Origin: Candidatus Heimdallarchaeota archaeon
Lineage (GTDB): Archaea > Asgardarchaeota > Heimdallarchaeia > Heimdallarchaeales > Kariarchaeaceae
Length of the DNA: 60,174 nt
Direction of reading: 5' to 3'
NCBI GenBank assembly: GCA_015523565.1
Contig: WAKA01000203.1
Span: forward strand, 1 to 60,174
The notes under the pieces were generated by a model, which did not search any database, was not told where the DNA came from, and saw nothing but the letters and a program-made list of their open reading frames with translations. Shown here one piece after another: positions 28,990 to 38,785 of this stretch (the first letter of the stretch is position 1; every line of letters begins with the position of its first letter). Made by a program: the position numbers and the translations under genes.

Positions 28990-30264
28990 TCAGAAGAACT
29001 TTTCCTTGCACCATGGACAGTTGTTGCTTATTGAAAACCAGTTCTCCATATGACTTGAGTGGATTGGGTGGTGACAGGATCTGCATCTTTCAAAATCCTC
29101 TTTTTCAGGAGATATGATCCCTCTGCAAATGGAGCAGTATTCAATTGGCTTCAAACAGTTGGGACAGGTGTCCATGCCATATGACTTACTAGGCAACGGG
29201 GTTTGGCAATGGGGGCAATAGTCAGATCTAAAACGTCTATATGCTCTTCTAGTGCCCTGACTGACATTGTATGCAAATCTTTGGGTTGCTTGGATCCTTT
29301 TCTTGATCCATTCAGGATTTGCAATGAAAATGATTGTTGTGGGTATGATCAATAATATTGTGGAAATCTGAAGCAGTACTGGATCATTGTTTCTCCAATA
29401 TCCTATGATGGAGATGCCTGCAAATAGGTATCCTATCATGGGGATGTTCTGGGCTATTTGAAGGGCGTTTTCCCTTAGGTAGGCAGAAAGGACTGCAATC
29501 TGCCTTCCCAACAGATGGACAATTCCAACGGTGAAGTTCCAAAATCTGGCAAGGTATTGGGGGAGGTGGGTTATCCATTCAACAATTGTCTTGGATATGA
29601 TTACAATCCAACTCCAAAAGAAGAATGCCCCTGCAAACAATAACTCTCGTATTTCGAACAATGTCATTGCAATTCCGATTGCTATAAAGACAGTCATGAC
29701 TTGGAAGGCGTTTACAGGGAAGCCAATGCCTGTAATTGCACTTGAAAGGGATTGGTCAAGATCAGTGAACAAGAAAAACAGGATTATGATGATGTCAATG
29801 AATATGAGTACAACAACTGGAGAATGCCTTATTCTCAACCATAGCCTTTCCATTCCTACTGTGAATGCAATCCTGAATTTGTTGATCGCGGAAATTATGT
29901 AAGTGTTAAGTTCATATATGGTGGTGACAAACCCCAATACAACAAGCAGAATGCCTCCAATTGCCATTGTCCACTGTAGTGAAATGTTTATGTTCACTTG
30001 AGCCACAAGTAGCAGTAATGGAATCGAAAAGATGACAACTCCTAAGTAGACAATGATTGAGCCCAATGCCCAGTACTCTGCACCAAGTCGTTGCAGTCTT
30101 TCAATAATGTAGCTAAGCATCAGTATGAGAAATCCCAAGGTCAAAAGCACCAGTCCTGTTGTCTGGCTGTCAAATGTCCCTTGATTTGGGATGAACATGA
30201 CAATCATTCCAATGATGGCGAGCACTATCCCCCCTTGTCCCAAACGTGTTGTGTTCAAATTCAT
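28990..30264 (-). CDS. Polytopic membrane protein with C-terminal zinc ribbon and RING-like finger (putative E3 ligase)
   Basis: About 8 TM, then CPHC..CPNC, CSIC, CRSCHHPIHSSH..W....CPWC. Confidence 0.82.
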   Translation of the reverse strand: MNLNTTRLGQGGIVLAIIGMIVMFIPNQGTFDSQTTGLVLLTLGFLILMLSYIIERLQRLGAEYWALGSIIVYLGVVIFSIPLLLLVAQVNINISLQWTMAIGGILLVVLGFVTTIYELNTYIISAINKFRIAFTVGMERLWLRIRHSPVVVLIFIDIIIILFFLFTDLDQSLSSAITGIGFPVNAFQVMTVFIAIGIAMTLFEIRELLFAGAFFFWSWIVIISKTIVEWITHLPQYLARFWNFTVGIVHLLGRQIAVLSAYLRENALQIAQNIPMIGYLFAGISIIGYWRNNDPVLLQISTILLIIPTTIIFIANPEWIKKRIQATQRFAYNVSQGTRRAYRRFRSDYCPHCQTPLPSKSYGMDTCPNCLKPIEYCSICRGIISPEKEDFERCRSCHHPIHSSHMENWFSISNNCPWCKEKFF

Positions 30265-32072
30265 GGTTTGTTACCTCCGAAATCCACACCTTCTATTTTC
30301 AGAGTTTCTCTTCTGGCATAGGTATACCTTGGTATCAGTATCCCAAAAGTCAATATCATCCCACCAACAATGAATCTTTGCAGGTTTGGAAGATCAGGGA
30401 TGATGCTTTCAAACATTCCTTTCCCAGACAGACCTGAGAATATTAGCAAGAACCCATAGATAATTCCCAAAATCCCCAAGAAAAAGGAAGAAACTAGGAC
30501 AATGTTTTCAACTATTGCCTCAAGCAAATTGACTATGGCTTTTCCTATTCCTCCAAAATTATGCCAGATGAACCTCAAAATTGCCCTTGGAAATCCAAAG
30601 ACAAGTGTTCCCCAAAACCTGCTCACAAATCCCAAAATTACAAGGGATGCAATGAAAAGTCCAATTCTCAAATATTTGATTTCTGGTATCCATAAATTGA
30701 AAATTGAGACAAACATGAGCCCATATCCTGTGATTTTTCCAACTACTTGCAGGTTTTTCAGCTTTTCATATAGTTGTTTCAACATTTCCATAAAGCCACG
30801 TGTTGTACTTTCAAAACCAAAAATCAAAGATAGAAACCCCGAAAGGAAAAACAAATACCTCGGAACGTTTTTGTAACCAATAAGGGTCAAAACAATGAAG
30901 AAAAAGAATCCTGCAATCCCCAATGTGCCTCTCAGTACCTTCAAATTGGAAAGCCTCCTGAAAATGACTCCTCCAACTATCCTCATGACATGCATAAATC
31001 TTACTAAAGAAAGGAAAAACCTGTCAATAAACCTGAAAATCCTGAAATTATTGAAGGATGAAAGAAACAGTCCTGTCAACACAATATAGGGGATTTTGTA
31101 ATTTGTTGGTATCCTTTTGACATTAATCAGCATGACAATCCCCACAAAAAATAAATGCAGATAATATTTGGACGAAACTCTCCAAAGCCATTTGGATGCG
31201 TACCAAAGTTTTCTATATGCAACAAACTTATTGTAGGAAGATAACAGAAGGATACCTGCAATCCAAGTCGGTTTCTGATATTGCAAAGGCACGAATGGTG
31301 ATGCCATGACAGTTGCAAATCCAAGAACGACTGCAAATCTACTTGGGTCTTCCATGAAAAACATTATGGACTTCATTATCGATTCTTTTATCTTTGTAAT
31401 GAATGTGATATATCTCTTGAAATTATTTGAAATATAGATAATCATTGTTTTACTTACGAAAACTATGTCTCTGAAGAGAGCCAATATGACAAATATGCCT
31501 CCAAGCAATGTAAAATTGATAGGTGAATTGTTGAAATAACCCAATTGGTCAAAAACAATGAAACCAATCCCTGTAAAAAACAAAATGAATTCCGCAAATC
31601 TAAGGGGATCATTAACTAGTATCAATTTAAGCCTATAAACTGCACTTTTAATTGTCTGGATCAAAAGGATTGGAAGCACTTTTGCGAATGAAATTATTGT
31701 CCTGAAAAGAAATTCAAAAAGCTTGTCGATAAGAAATATCCTTGCAATAATTGACCCTATTGCCAATCCGAATGAATATGGGGCGAGGTTCCACTCTGGA
31801 ATGAAACTTGAGACTACAAGAAGACCTGATGCAATGAAAATTGCTATTTTCAAGAATGAATTACCCAACTGCGATTTTGTAAACAATGCAACACTGACAA
31901 AAATGAATGTCAACACGGATAATATCTGAAGCATTAGAATATCCGCTTTCTTGCCTATCATCACAAAAAATAGCAAGCCAATAGCCCCCAAAAAGGCTGT
32001 GTTTGTGAAAACCAAAAAAATATTCTTTGCAAGGATTAAACCAGTTTCATTTGCCCCAGTTTCTTTTTTCAT
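30261..32072 (-). CDS. Large polytopic membrane protein with internal repeats
   Basis: More than 14 hydrophobic helices arranged as hairpins; repeats NDPLRFA/EDPSRFA and LLSSYNKF/FLSSFNNF; 4-bp overlap with the RING gene. Confidence 0.78.
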   Translation of the reverse strand: MKKETGANETGLILAKNIFLVFTNTAFLGAIGLLFFVMIGKKADILMLQILSVLTFIFVSVALFTKSQLGNSFLKIAIFIASGLLVVSSFIPEWNLAPYSFGLAIGSIIARIFLIDKLFEFLFRTIISFAKVLPILLIQTIKSAVYRLKLILVNDPLRFAEFILFFTGIGFIVFDQLGYFNNSPINFTLLGGIFVILALFRDIVFVSKTMIIYISNNFKRYITFITKIKESIMKSIMFFMEDPSRFAVVLGFATVMASPFVPLQYQKPTWIAGILLLSSYNKFVAYRKLWYASKWLWRVSSKYYLHLFFVGIVMLINVKRIPTNYKIPYIVLTGLFLSSFNNFRIFRFIDRFFLSLVRFMHVMRIVGGVIFRRLSNLKVLRGTLGIAGFFFFIVLTLIGYKNVPRYLFFLSGFLSLIFGFESTTRGFMEMLKQLYEKLKNLQVVGKITGYGLMFVSIFNLWIPEIKYLRIGLFIASLVILGFVSRFWGTLVFGFPRAILRFIWHNFGGIGKAIVNLLEAIVENIVLVSSFFLGILGIIYGFLLIFSGLSGKGMFESIIPDLPNLQRFIVGGMILTFGILIPRYTYARRETLKIEGVDFGGNKP

Positions 32073-32245
32073 TCAAGTTATTTTACTATTGATGACTTAA
32101 AAAGAACATTACACCTTTTGGTACAACCTTGTAGATTGAATGGAAAAAAATATCCCTTCAAACAAATCTGTCAAATCAAATGAAATTATTATGAATTTGA
32201 ATAATTATACACATAAAATTTTTCAACATGACTTTCCTATTTTAA

Positions 32246-34243
32246 ATGGGTATGCCTGTTGATTTTGCAATAATGCTTGGGTTTGCCGCAACCCAATTTA
32301 CTGGGAAAGCCATTTCATATCTCATTCATGCTGGAATAAACAAGGCAGAAGATGAAATTGAGGATATGGCCATCAAATCAATCAGCAAGATGGTTCAAAA
32401 GGCACTTGGAAAAAGATTTGAAAAGACAGAAATGGACAAGCAACAAATTGAAATGCTAATCAGGGAACAAGTTGAAAAACTCATTGATGAAATCATTGAT
32501 GAAAAAAGTTCAAAGTCAAAATTAAAGACAGATTTCATAAAACAGACGAACTTTTCTGAGAAGATAGATGAAATCCTGAATATGGGGGAGGATCAATTCA
32601 AGAAATATCTTTCACGTTTTGATCAACTTGGAGATAGCAAAAATTTTCCAGAACCCACATATAAAACTAAATGGAATGCCATTCAGAAATACCTATTGAG
32701 AAAAAACGTTCTGAAAGAGAATGCAAAGACCCTTGGTGTCAAAGAATTTAACATAGATGGTGTTCCGTTTCTTCCCTTGACCCCTTTGGACCTTGACGAG
32801 GAAAAAATATTGGAAATGATAACTCAATTGCATAAGGGCAGACAAACCACAAATATCCCACTCAAAGATATTGCTAACCTTTCTGGAATGGAATTCAACA
32901 AGGTTTACAACTTAACGACCAAGCTTTTGAAAGATGGGTACATAGAGGGAAAGATACTTACTTCAGAAACCCAAATGTTAAGAAATGACCAATTGGAATT
33001 GTCTGGTGATTGGAATAAGCTGGAAGAGTACAAGGAAGACATTATATACATTAATTCACTTATAAAGGTTCATAAATATGAAGAAGTTCTGCAGGCTTTG
33101 TCAACAATAAATTTGAAATATAGGGTCAAGAAAGACAATGAAGTCAAAAAAATCGTGGAACGGCTACTGGCTGTTGAAACAATGCATAAAATTGAATTGC
33201 AGATTGTTGAACTAGTAGAAAATAACGCCTCACCAAAATTTGTTTTGGAAAAAATAGATGAAATTCTCACCCTACCTTTGCCAGTTCATATGATAAAAGA
33301 ATTTGAGTTATTGAAAGAATATTATTGCCTTAAAAAAGAGGCAATTGATTATCTATTACAAAAAAACTATGAAATGGCTACTGCTAAAATAAAATCCCTT
33401 ATTCCGAAAATTCCTCAACAATATGAGGATTTTGAAAAGGCATGGTCCAAAAATTTCATTGAAACTGTGTCATATCGAATTAAAAGCAACAAGGAATTGC
33501 AAATCAAGTATAATGTAATGAAGAATGCCCTACTTGAGCAAATTGAATTGAGAAACCTTCAACCTTCAAAACAATTGTTTGATAGGGTAAAGGTTCTTTC
33601 AAAGAGAGTTGGGAAAGATTCCGATATACTGGAATTACAAAATAAATTCAATGAAGCATTTGGGCTTGTTGAATTTAGAGGTACACAAATTCCAAACCAC
33701 GAGAAGGAGGCAATTGAAAATATTGAAAGACAGGTCAATGGAACCTTCAAATTGTTAAGACAAGTCAGGTGGAATGATTTTGGCATTGTAATCCGCAACA
33801 ATAGTGTGGTTCAAATCGGTTTTTATTCAAGGCATTTGAAATCCTTGCCCAACGACCTGTCCAAATTGTCTTCCCTTAAATTATTGAATCTGACTCAAAC
33901 ATATCTGAAAGCTTTTCCAGACTGGATTGCAAATCTTCAGGACATTTCAACCCTGATGCTACGTTTCTGTTCATTCAATAAGTTTCCAATAATAATTACA
34001 AAATTGAAAAACCTCCGAAGAATTGATCTGTCTTACAATCAAATTGACTCCATTCCAGATGAGATTTCTGCATTGGAAAACCTTGTTGAGATAAGAGTAA
34101 ATCACAATCGAATCAAAAAGCTTCCTGAAGTCCTTTTGGAAATGAAAAACCTGAAAGTGGTCTATTGCCTTGAAAATAAACTGGACAATGGAAGTATGAA
34201 GATATTGGATACATTGCGTGAAAGAGGGGTCAGGATTTCTTGA
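32246..34243 (+). CDS. Multidomain LRR protein (helical N-terminus, PCI-like winged helix, helical region, C-terminal LRRs)
   Basis: IPLKDIANLSGMEFNKVYNLTTKLLKDGYIEGKI wHTH; about 6 LRRs; cap LRERGVRIS. Confidence 0.85.
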   Translation: MGMPVDFAIMLGFAATQFTGKAISYLIHAGINKAEDEIEDMAIKSISKMVQKALGKRFEKTEMDKQQIEMLIREQVEKLIDEIIDEKSSKSKLKTDFIKQTNFSEKIDEILNMGEDQFKKYLSRFDQLGDSKNFPEPTYKTKWNAIQKYLLRKNVLKENAKTLGVKEFNIDGVPFLPLTPLDLDEEKILEMITQLHKGRQTTNIPLKDIANLSGMEFNKVYNLTTKLLKDGYIEGKILTSETQMLRNDQLELSGDWNKLEEYKEDIIYINSLIKVHKYEEVLQALSTINLKYRVKKDNEVKKIVERLLAVETMHKIELQIVELVENNASPKFVLEKIDEILTLPLPVHMIKEFELLKEYYCLKKEAIDYLLQKNYEMATAKIKSLIPKIPQQYEDFEKAWSKNFIETVSYRIKSNKELQIKYNVMKNALLEQIELRNLQPSKQLFDRVKVLSKRVGKDSDILELQNKFNEAFGLVEFRGTQIPNHEKEAIENIERQVNGTFKLLRQVRWNDFGIVIRNNSVVQIGFYSRHLKSLPNDLSKLSSLKLLNLTQTYLKAFPDWIANLQDISTLMLRFCSFNKFPIIITKLKNLRRIDLSYNQIDSIPDEISALENLVEIRVNHNRIKKLPEVLLEMKNLKVVYCLENKLDNGSMKILDTLRERGVRIS

Positions 34244-34265
34244 CCATGGCGGTGAATCCGTAAGA

Positions 34266-34754
34266 TTAAATTTGATACTCTTTTTTGTTCATGACTTGCC
34301 TGACAGTTAACAATCCGTTTTCAGGATCAAATATTATTGTCCGCCCATAGTTTTCCCCCACATCTTGAGCGACAATTCTTATCCCAAGGTTTTTTAAGAC
34401 ATTGACAACAGAATCTATATTTCTTCTGCCAATATCCAAGGAATCTGTAGAAACGTTGGTTTCAAACATTTTTGCACCGCCTGCAATCTTGGCAACAATG
34501 TTCTCTCTTTTTGCCCCCATGGCTTCCATTCTTCTAACTGCCTCTGGTATTGCAGTCGTCGCGAATTTGCCTGGGTTGGCTTTTCCATCATTGTTCATTT
34601 CTGTAGGGAGAAGAACATGTGCAAGTGCGGCGATTCGGGTTGTTCTATCGTAAAGAACCACTCCGACACAACTTCCCAATGCAAGAGCCTGTAACTTTGA
34701 GGGAGGTTTGCCAATCTGAATTTCTCCAATTTTCGCCGTAAGTACCTCTGTCAT
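34266..34754 (-). CDS. cheD: Chemoreceptor glutamine deamidase CheD
   Basis: LGSCVGV, AHVLLP, GKFA, AKIAGGAKMF, IGRRN, DVG..YGRT; ATGA overlap with cheC. Confidence 0.96.
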   Translation of the reverse strand: MTEVLTAKIGEIQIGKPPSKLQALALGSCVGVVLYDRTTRIAALAHVLLPTEMNNDGKANPGKFATTAIPEAVRRMEAMGAKRENIVAKIAGGAKMFETNVSTDSLDIGRRNIDSVVNVLKNLGIRIVAQDVGENYGRTIIFDPENGLLTVRQVMNKKEYQI

Positions 34755-35422
34755 GAATACATTTCCTCCCAATTTTCTCCATAAATGGTTGTCATCAACG
34801 CATTCATTGCCCGTGTGTCTGGAAGAAGGAGAATGTCTCCTTTGATTTTTTCACCGTCCGTAAAAATGTCAACTTCCACAAGCAAAAACCTTTCCACATT
34901 TTCAGGATCTGCCGAAATCAATTCATCAGTCAACGCCCCAACCATGTCTATTGCAAGGCTTGGGGCGTGTGGAAACCATCTTGTCTCGGTGAAACTGTTG
35001 ATGGCTGTTATTGTATGTATCAAAAGAATATTTCCTGTTTCCTTGATGAGTGATATGGAAACCTCATCAAGATTTTCCAAACTTTCAGGAATGGGTGACG
35101 CAATTAAGGTTTTCAACAATTGCTTTACCGATGAGAAATCAAATATCAACAATAAGTTCAATAAGCCCTTGTCTTCTTCTGATGTTTCCTGTAGTATTCC
35201 TGCGACCACTTCTTCTGGAGATGCGGCCAAATGTTCACTGACTTCCTCAACCTTTACAAACCTTACTCTGGGGATGCTCATGTCCACTTTCCTGTTCAAA
35301 AGCTGAGAAAGTGCCGTGGCTGCATGACCTACTCCGATATTGCTTAATTCTTGCAGGGCTTCTATCTTTGGGTCGTAGTCTTGAAAGAAGCTGTCATCAG
35401 GAATCTTTAAACCCATCTGCAT
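34751..35422 (-). CDS. cheC: CheY-P phosphatase CheC
   Basis: Two ExxN motifs (LQELSNIGVGHAATALSQL and IKETGNIL); adjacent to cheD. Confidence 0.93.
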   Translation of the reverse strand: MQMGLKIPDDSFFQDYDPKIEALQELSNIGVGHAATALSQLLNRKVDMSIPRVRFVKVEEVSEHLAASPEEVVAGILQETSEEDKGLLNLLLIFDFSSVKQLLKTLIASPIPESLENLDEVSISLIKETGNILLIHTITAINSFTETRWFPHAPSLAIDMVGALTDELISADPENVERFLLVEVDIFTDGEKIKGDILLLPDTRAMNALMTTIYGENWEEMYS

Positions 35423-35543
35423 TTACTATGATTAATTCCTGATAAAAACTAACTGTTATGGAAGGGAGTAATGTAAATATTTGCACTTTTTTTTGGTTCA
35501 GAAAAACAATTCATTTTACACTCTTCAATTTACCTTGGGAAAA

Positions 35544-36137
35544 TCAATTCCTTTCACCATAGTAAAAGCCAAGATATATAGAGGCAAGATTGATCCAAAA
35601 GTCCAAGAATTTGAATGTGTCTTGATAGATCGTGAAATAGATTGTGATTGAAACAATGGTTATGGCTAATATGGCATTCATATGCTCAATTAGACTTGTC
35701 TTGTGCAGATGCTCTTCCTTAACCCCCCTTTTCCTTCGAAATGCCACCTTCACCTTATTGAACATCTGTCCGATTAAATAACCTACAATGATGGTTGCAA
35801 TCTCGACATAATAGTCTGGAATTGGCTTTCCATTGATAATCAAATAAACTCCAAATGCTGAATACATTAAAATCAGCAATGTCCTTATTGTTCCTGCAGG
35901 CAAACCCCATGCCCTGTCTGCACGTGCTGTTGGAGACCTTGGGACAATGGTGCCTTTTGACCGCATTCTGCCGCCAAAATAGAATGCCAGCGCAACAAGG
36001 ACAATGCTTGCAACTTGTTCTGCAAAAGGTTCTTCCCTCAATGTTATGATAAACAAATCTATTGAAAGAAGTATCGTCAAGGTGGATCGTACTGTGCCTT
36101 TTGGTAATCCCAAAGGATATGGATACGGAAATCCCAT
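35544..36137 (-). CDS. Membrane protein with internal duplication (GLPxGT[VI]R...F/YxxG)
   Basis: LGLPKGTVRSTL and WGLPAGTIRTLL; helices end in AFYFG, GYLIG and GFYYG. Confidence 0.75.
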   Translation of the reverse strand: MGFPYPYPLGLPKGTVRSTLTILLSIDLFIITLREEPFAEQVASIVLVALAFYFGGRMRSKGTIVPRSPTARADRAWGLPAGTIRTLLILMYSAFGVYLIINGKPIPDYYVEIATIIVGYLIGQMFNKVKVAFRRKRGVKEEHLHKTSLIEHMNAILAITIVSITIYFTIYQDTFKFLDFWINLASIYLGFYYGERN

Positions 36138-36168
36138 GGATACCCATAGAAAAAACTAAGATATTAAC

Positions 36169-36864
36169 TTAACTTACAACATATTTTCCTGGTTTTGAAA
36201 AGTCAAAACGGATATTGAATTTCTCTGCATATTTGCAGTTTGATTCCATGCCATTTGCCCTTCGTCTGGTAAACAGCCATTCTTCAAAGTTTTTCCAATC
36301 ATAGATTTGTGCATAGTATTCTGTTGCCTCCTTTACCCTCTCAATTGTTTCACTTACATCAATATATTTGATAGGAAGGTTGATAATGGATTCGTAATAG
36401 CTAAGAAAAACAACAGGCTTCCTATGCGGTTCCATTTTAATGATGTTTTTCACTCTTGCAAATTTAAGCGCCTCAAATGCCAGATATCCTGTATTTTTAT
36501 GGTCACTGTGTGAATTGAAAAATCCCCATGAAATCACTGCATCTGGTTTTCGTTTTGCATAAAGCTGACCCAATTTGACTCTTTGTTCATTTGAATTTTC
36601 AACACCGCCATCAGGAAACCCCAAAATCTCTGTATCGCTTGCTCCAACTATCTTTCCAATCTCTAAAGTGTGTTTTTCCCTCTCCCTCTTGATTTCTTCT
36701 GCCGTATAATCTGGAAAGAATGTTGTATTTTCCCCAAAAGTAGTCCAAACCATAATTACTTCATCTCCCCTATCCGCATGATTCGATAAGGTTCCAATTG
36801 CCCCCAGCTCATCATCGGGATGGGCAAAAACGGAAACAATGGTTTTCTTCTCACTATCAACCAT
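36169..36864 (-). CDS. PIG-L/LmbE-family zinc deacetylase
   Basis: FAHPDDE, T.GE, FPDG and HSDH motifs. Confidence 0.92.
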   Translation of the reverse strand: MVDSEKKTIVSVFAHPDDELGAIGTLSNHADRGDEVIMVWTTFGENTTFFPDYTAEEIKREREKHTLEIGKIVGASDTEILGFPDGGVENSNEQRVKLGQLYAKRKPDAVISWGFFNSHSDHKNTGYLAFEALKFARVKNIIKMEPHRKPVVFLSYYESIINLPIKYIDVSETIERVKEATEYYAQIYDWKNFEEWLFTRRRANGMESNCKYAEKFNIRFDFSKPGKYVVS

Positions 36865-37081
36865 AGTTTCTCTTGAAAATAACATCAATTAAAAGAAAGG
36901 GGTACGGATAAATTTTGGATGATATGCTGAAGGACATAACTATATTGTTCCCCCCAAAAAATTGATCAAAAATAGTGATTAATCCACCATTTGTTGGATT
37001 TTTGCACACTTCTAGAAAAAAACGAACGCAATTTGCTGAATTGATAGATAGCATTAAATAATTTTCCACCATAACTAAAGT

Positions 37082-37762
37082 ATGTATAGTCTTCAGGAAG
37101 TGCTAAGGTTAGATAAAGAACCTGAAGAAAACCAATTTAATTACTATGCAAACGTAGCCGTGTCTTTTGACTCATTAATCGCACAACAAGGGCATCCCAT
37201 TCAAATCTCTGATGAAAATGACTGGGCAATTGTTCATTCATTGAGAAACAATTCTATTGGAATTTTAGTGGGAAGTACCACTGTTTTGGTAGACGATCCA
37301 AGCCTTTTGGTCAAGACAAAATATGTCAAAAACCCAACCCAACCAGTCAGAATTGTTTTGGATAGAAGAGGTCGACTGTCTGGAAGAGAGAAGGTTTTTA
37401 AAAATCAAGAAATGGCAAAAACCATATGGGTCACCTCAAAACGGTTTCGTTTCACAAATCCACCTAACTTTGAAATTCTTAAGGTGCCTGAACAAATCCG
37501 CCTTCGGGAACTGTTGCCGAAAATTGAGGAGAAAGTCGAAGAGTTGACTGGAAAGACTGGTTGGATTATGGTTGAAGGTGGCGCTCAAATCATCAAATCT
37601 TTTATTGAAAACGATTTAATTGAAAGGCTACGGATTTACAGATCCTCTAAAATTTTGGGATCTGGTCTTCCACTGTTTGCCCGCCCTTTGGCAAAATCCC
37701 TTTGCCCAATATCTGTTCAACTATTATCCAACGGAATTGAGGAAATTTATTGTATCGAATAA
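37082..37762 (+). CDS. RibD C-terminal-type pyrimidine reductase (riboflavin pathway)
   Basis: A.SFD..IA, ILVGSTTVLVDDPSL, PVRIVLD, MVEGGA; no deaminase domain. Confidence 0.85.
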   Translation: MYSLQEVLRLDKEPEENQFNYYANVAVSFDSLIAQQGHPIQISDENDWAIVHSLRNNSIGILVGSTTVLVDDPSLLVKTKYVKNPTQPVRIVLDRRGRLSGREKVFKNQEMAKTIWVTSKRFRFTNPPNFEILKVPEQIRLRELLPKIEEKVEELTGKTGWIMVEGGAQIIKSFIENDLIERLRIYRSSKILGSGLPLFARPLAKSLCPISVQLLSNGIEEIYCIE

Positions 37763-37832
37763 ATGGCATGATCTGCCAAAAATAAGAGAACTCTCAATAA
37801 GGGTTTTTAATCCTTTAAAACATTCAAGTTCA

Positions 37833-38729
37833 GTGAATAGCGGTATTGATGAGAAAGAGCAATTGGATGAAGTTACTCAATATTTATTGACGTTAAAGGA
37901 AGATGTGGAGCCTCCTGATGGATTCACAACTAATTACCTTGAAATGTCTGACGGTTGCAGATTAAGGCATCTCCATTACATTCCTGAAAATCCCAAGGCT
38001 CAAATAATTCTGATACCGGGATTAAATACCTTGTTGATGTCTTGGTACAAGTTACTGCTTCTCCTAAAGGACAACAGTTTTCAAATTGATTACATTGAAA
38101 CAAGAGAAAAACGTACCTCCATCTTGGATAAGCCAAAAAAGATCACTTATGAACGATTGCTTCAAGATGTCAAAGAATCCTATGAACTGGTCAAGAATGA
38201 TGAAATTACCCAGATTGCCATTGGATCCTCCATGGGTGCCAATCTTATATTGTTGTCATTGGCAAGAAAGGAAATGCAACCACAATTTGCGGTACTTATT
38301 GGTCCTCTGCTTGATTTCCACATTCCCAAATTTTTCAGGTATGTGACTCCTTTCCTAAATAGGTTCACCTTTATGATAATTAAGCCATTGGCATGGAGAT
38401 TTGTTCTTCCCCGCTACCTGAACAAGGAGAAGGATCCATTCCAAGCACACAAATATGAATTGGGATTCAAGCTGGGAGATGCAAACAAAATGAAATATGC
38501 ATTCAAGAGTTGGGCAGGGACTACTTTAAGAAATGACTTGAACAAAATTGACGGAACCAAGACTAAAGTGATCCTTATCGGTGCTGAAGAGGATAAGCTC
38601 CATGCCGCAGATGAAACCAAGCAAATTGCGGAAATGGTTCAAAATGGTGAATATATAGATTTGAAAACCAATTACGCCGCACATGACATGCCACTGGTTA
38701 AACTACTTTTGGAATTGACAAATAGATAA
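37833..38729 (+). CDS. Alpha/beta hydrolase
   Basis: GSSMG nucleophile elbow, GAEED acid and AAHD His. Start set at GTG 37833 because the track start overlaps the upstream gene by 143 nt. Confidence 0.82.
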   Translation: MNSGIDEKEQLDEVTQYLLTLKEDVEPPDGFTTNYLEMSDGCRLRHLHYIPENPKAQIILIPGLNTLLMSWYKLLLLLKDNSFQIDYIETREKRTSILDKPKKITYERLLQDVKESYELVKNDEITQIAIGSSMGANLILLSLARKEMQPQFAVLIGPLLDFHIPKFFRYVTPFLNRFTFMIIKPLAWRFVLPRYLNKEKDPFQAHKYELGFKLGDANKMKYAFKSWAGTTLRNDLNKIDGTKTKVILIGAEEDKLHAADETKQIAEMVQNGEYIDLKTNYAAHDMPLVKLLLELTNR

Positions 38730-38785
38730 CAAATACATACGTTTATTCGGAAAAATTCTTTTGCAATAGTATCTATAAAGAACTG

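Noticed and set aside
37620-37832. Long N-terminal extension of the hydrolase overlapping the RibD-like gene
   Set aside because: A 143-nt overlap is unlikely; a GTG at 37833 with an upstream TATA-like element is more plausible.
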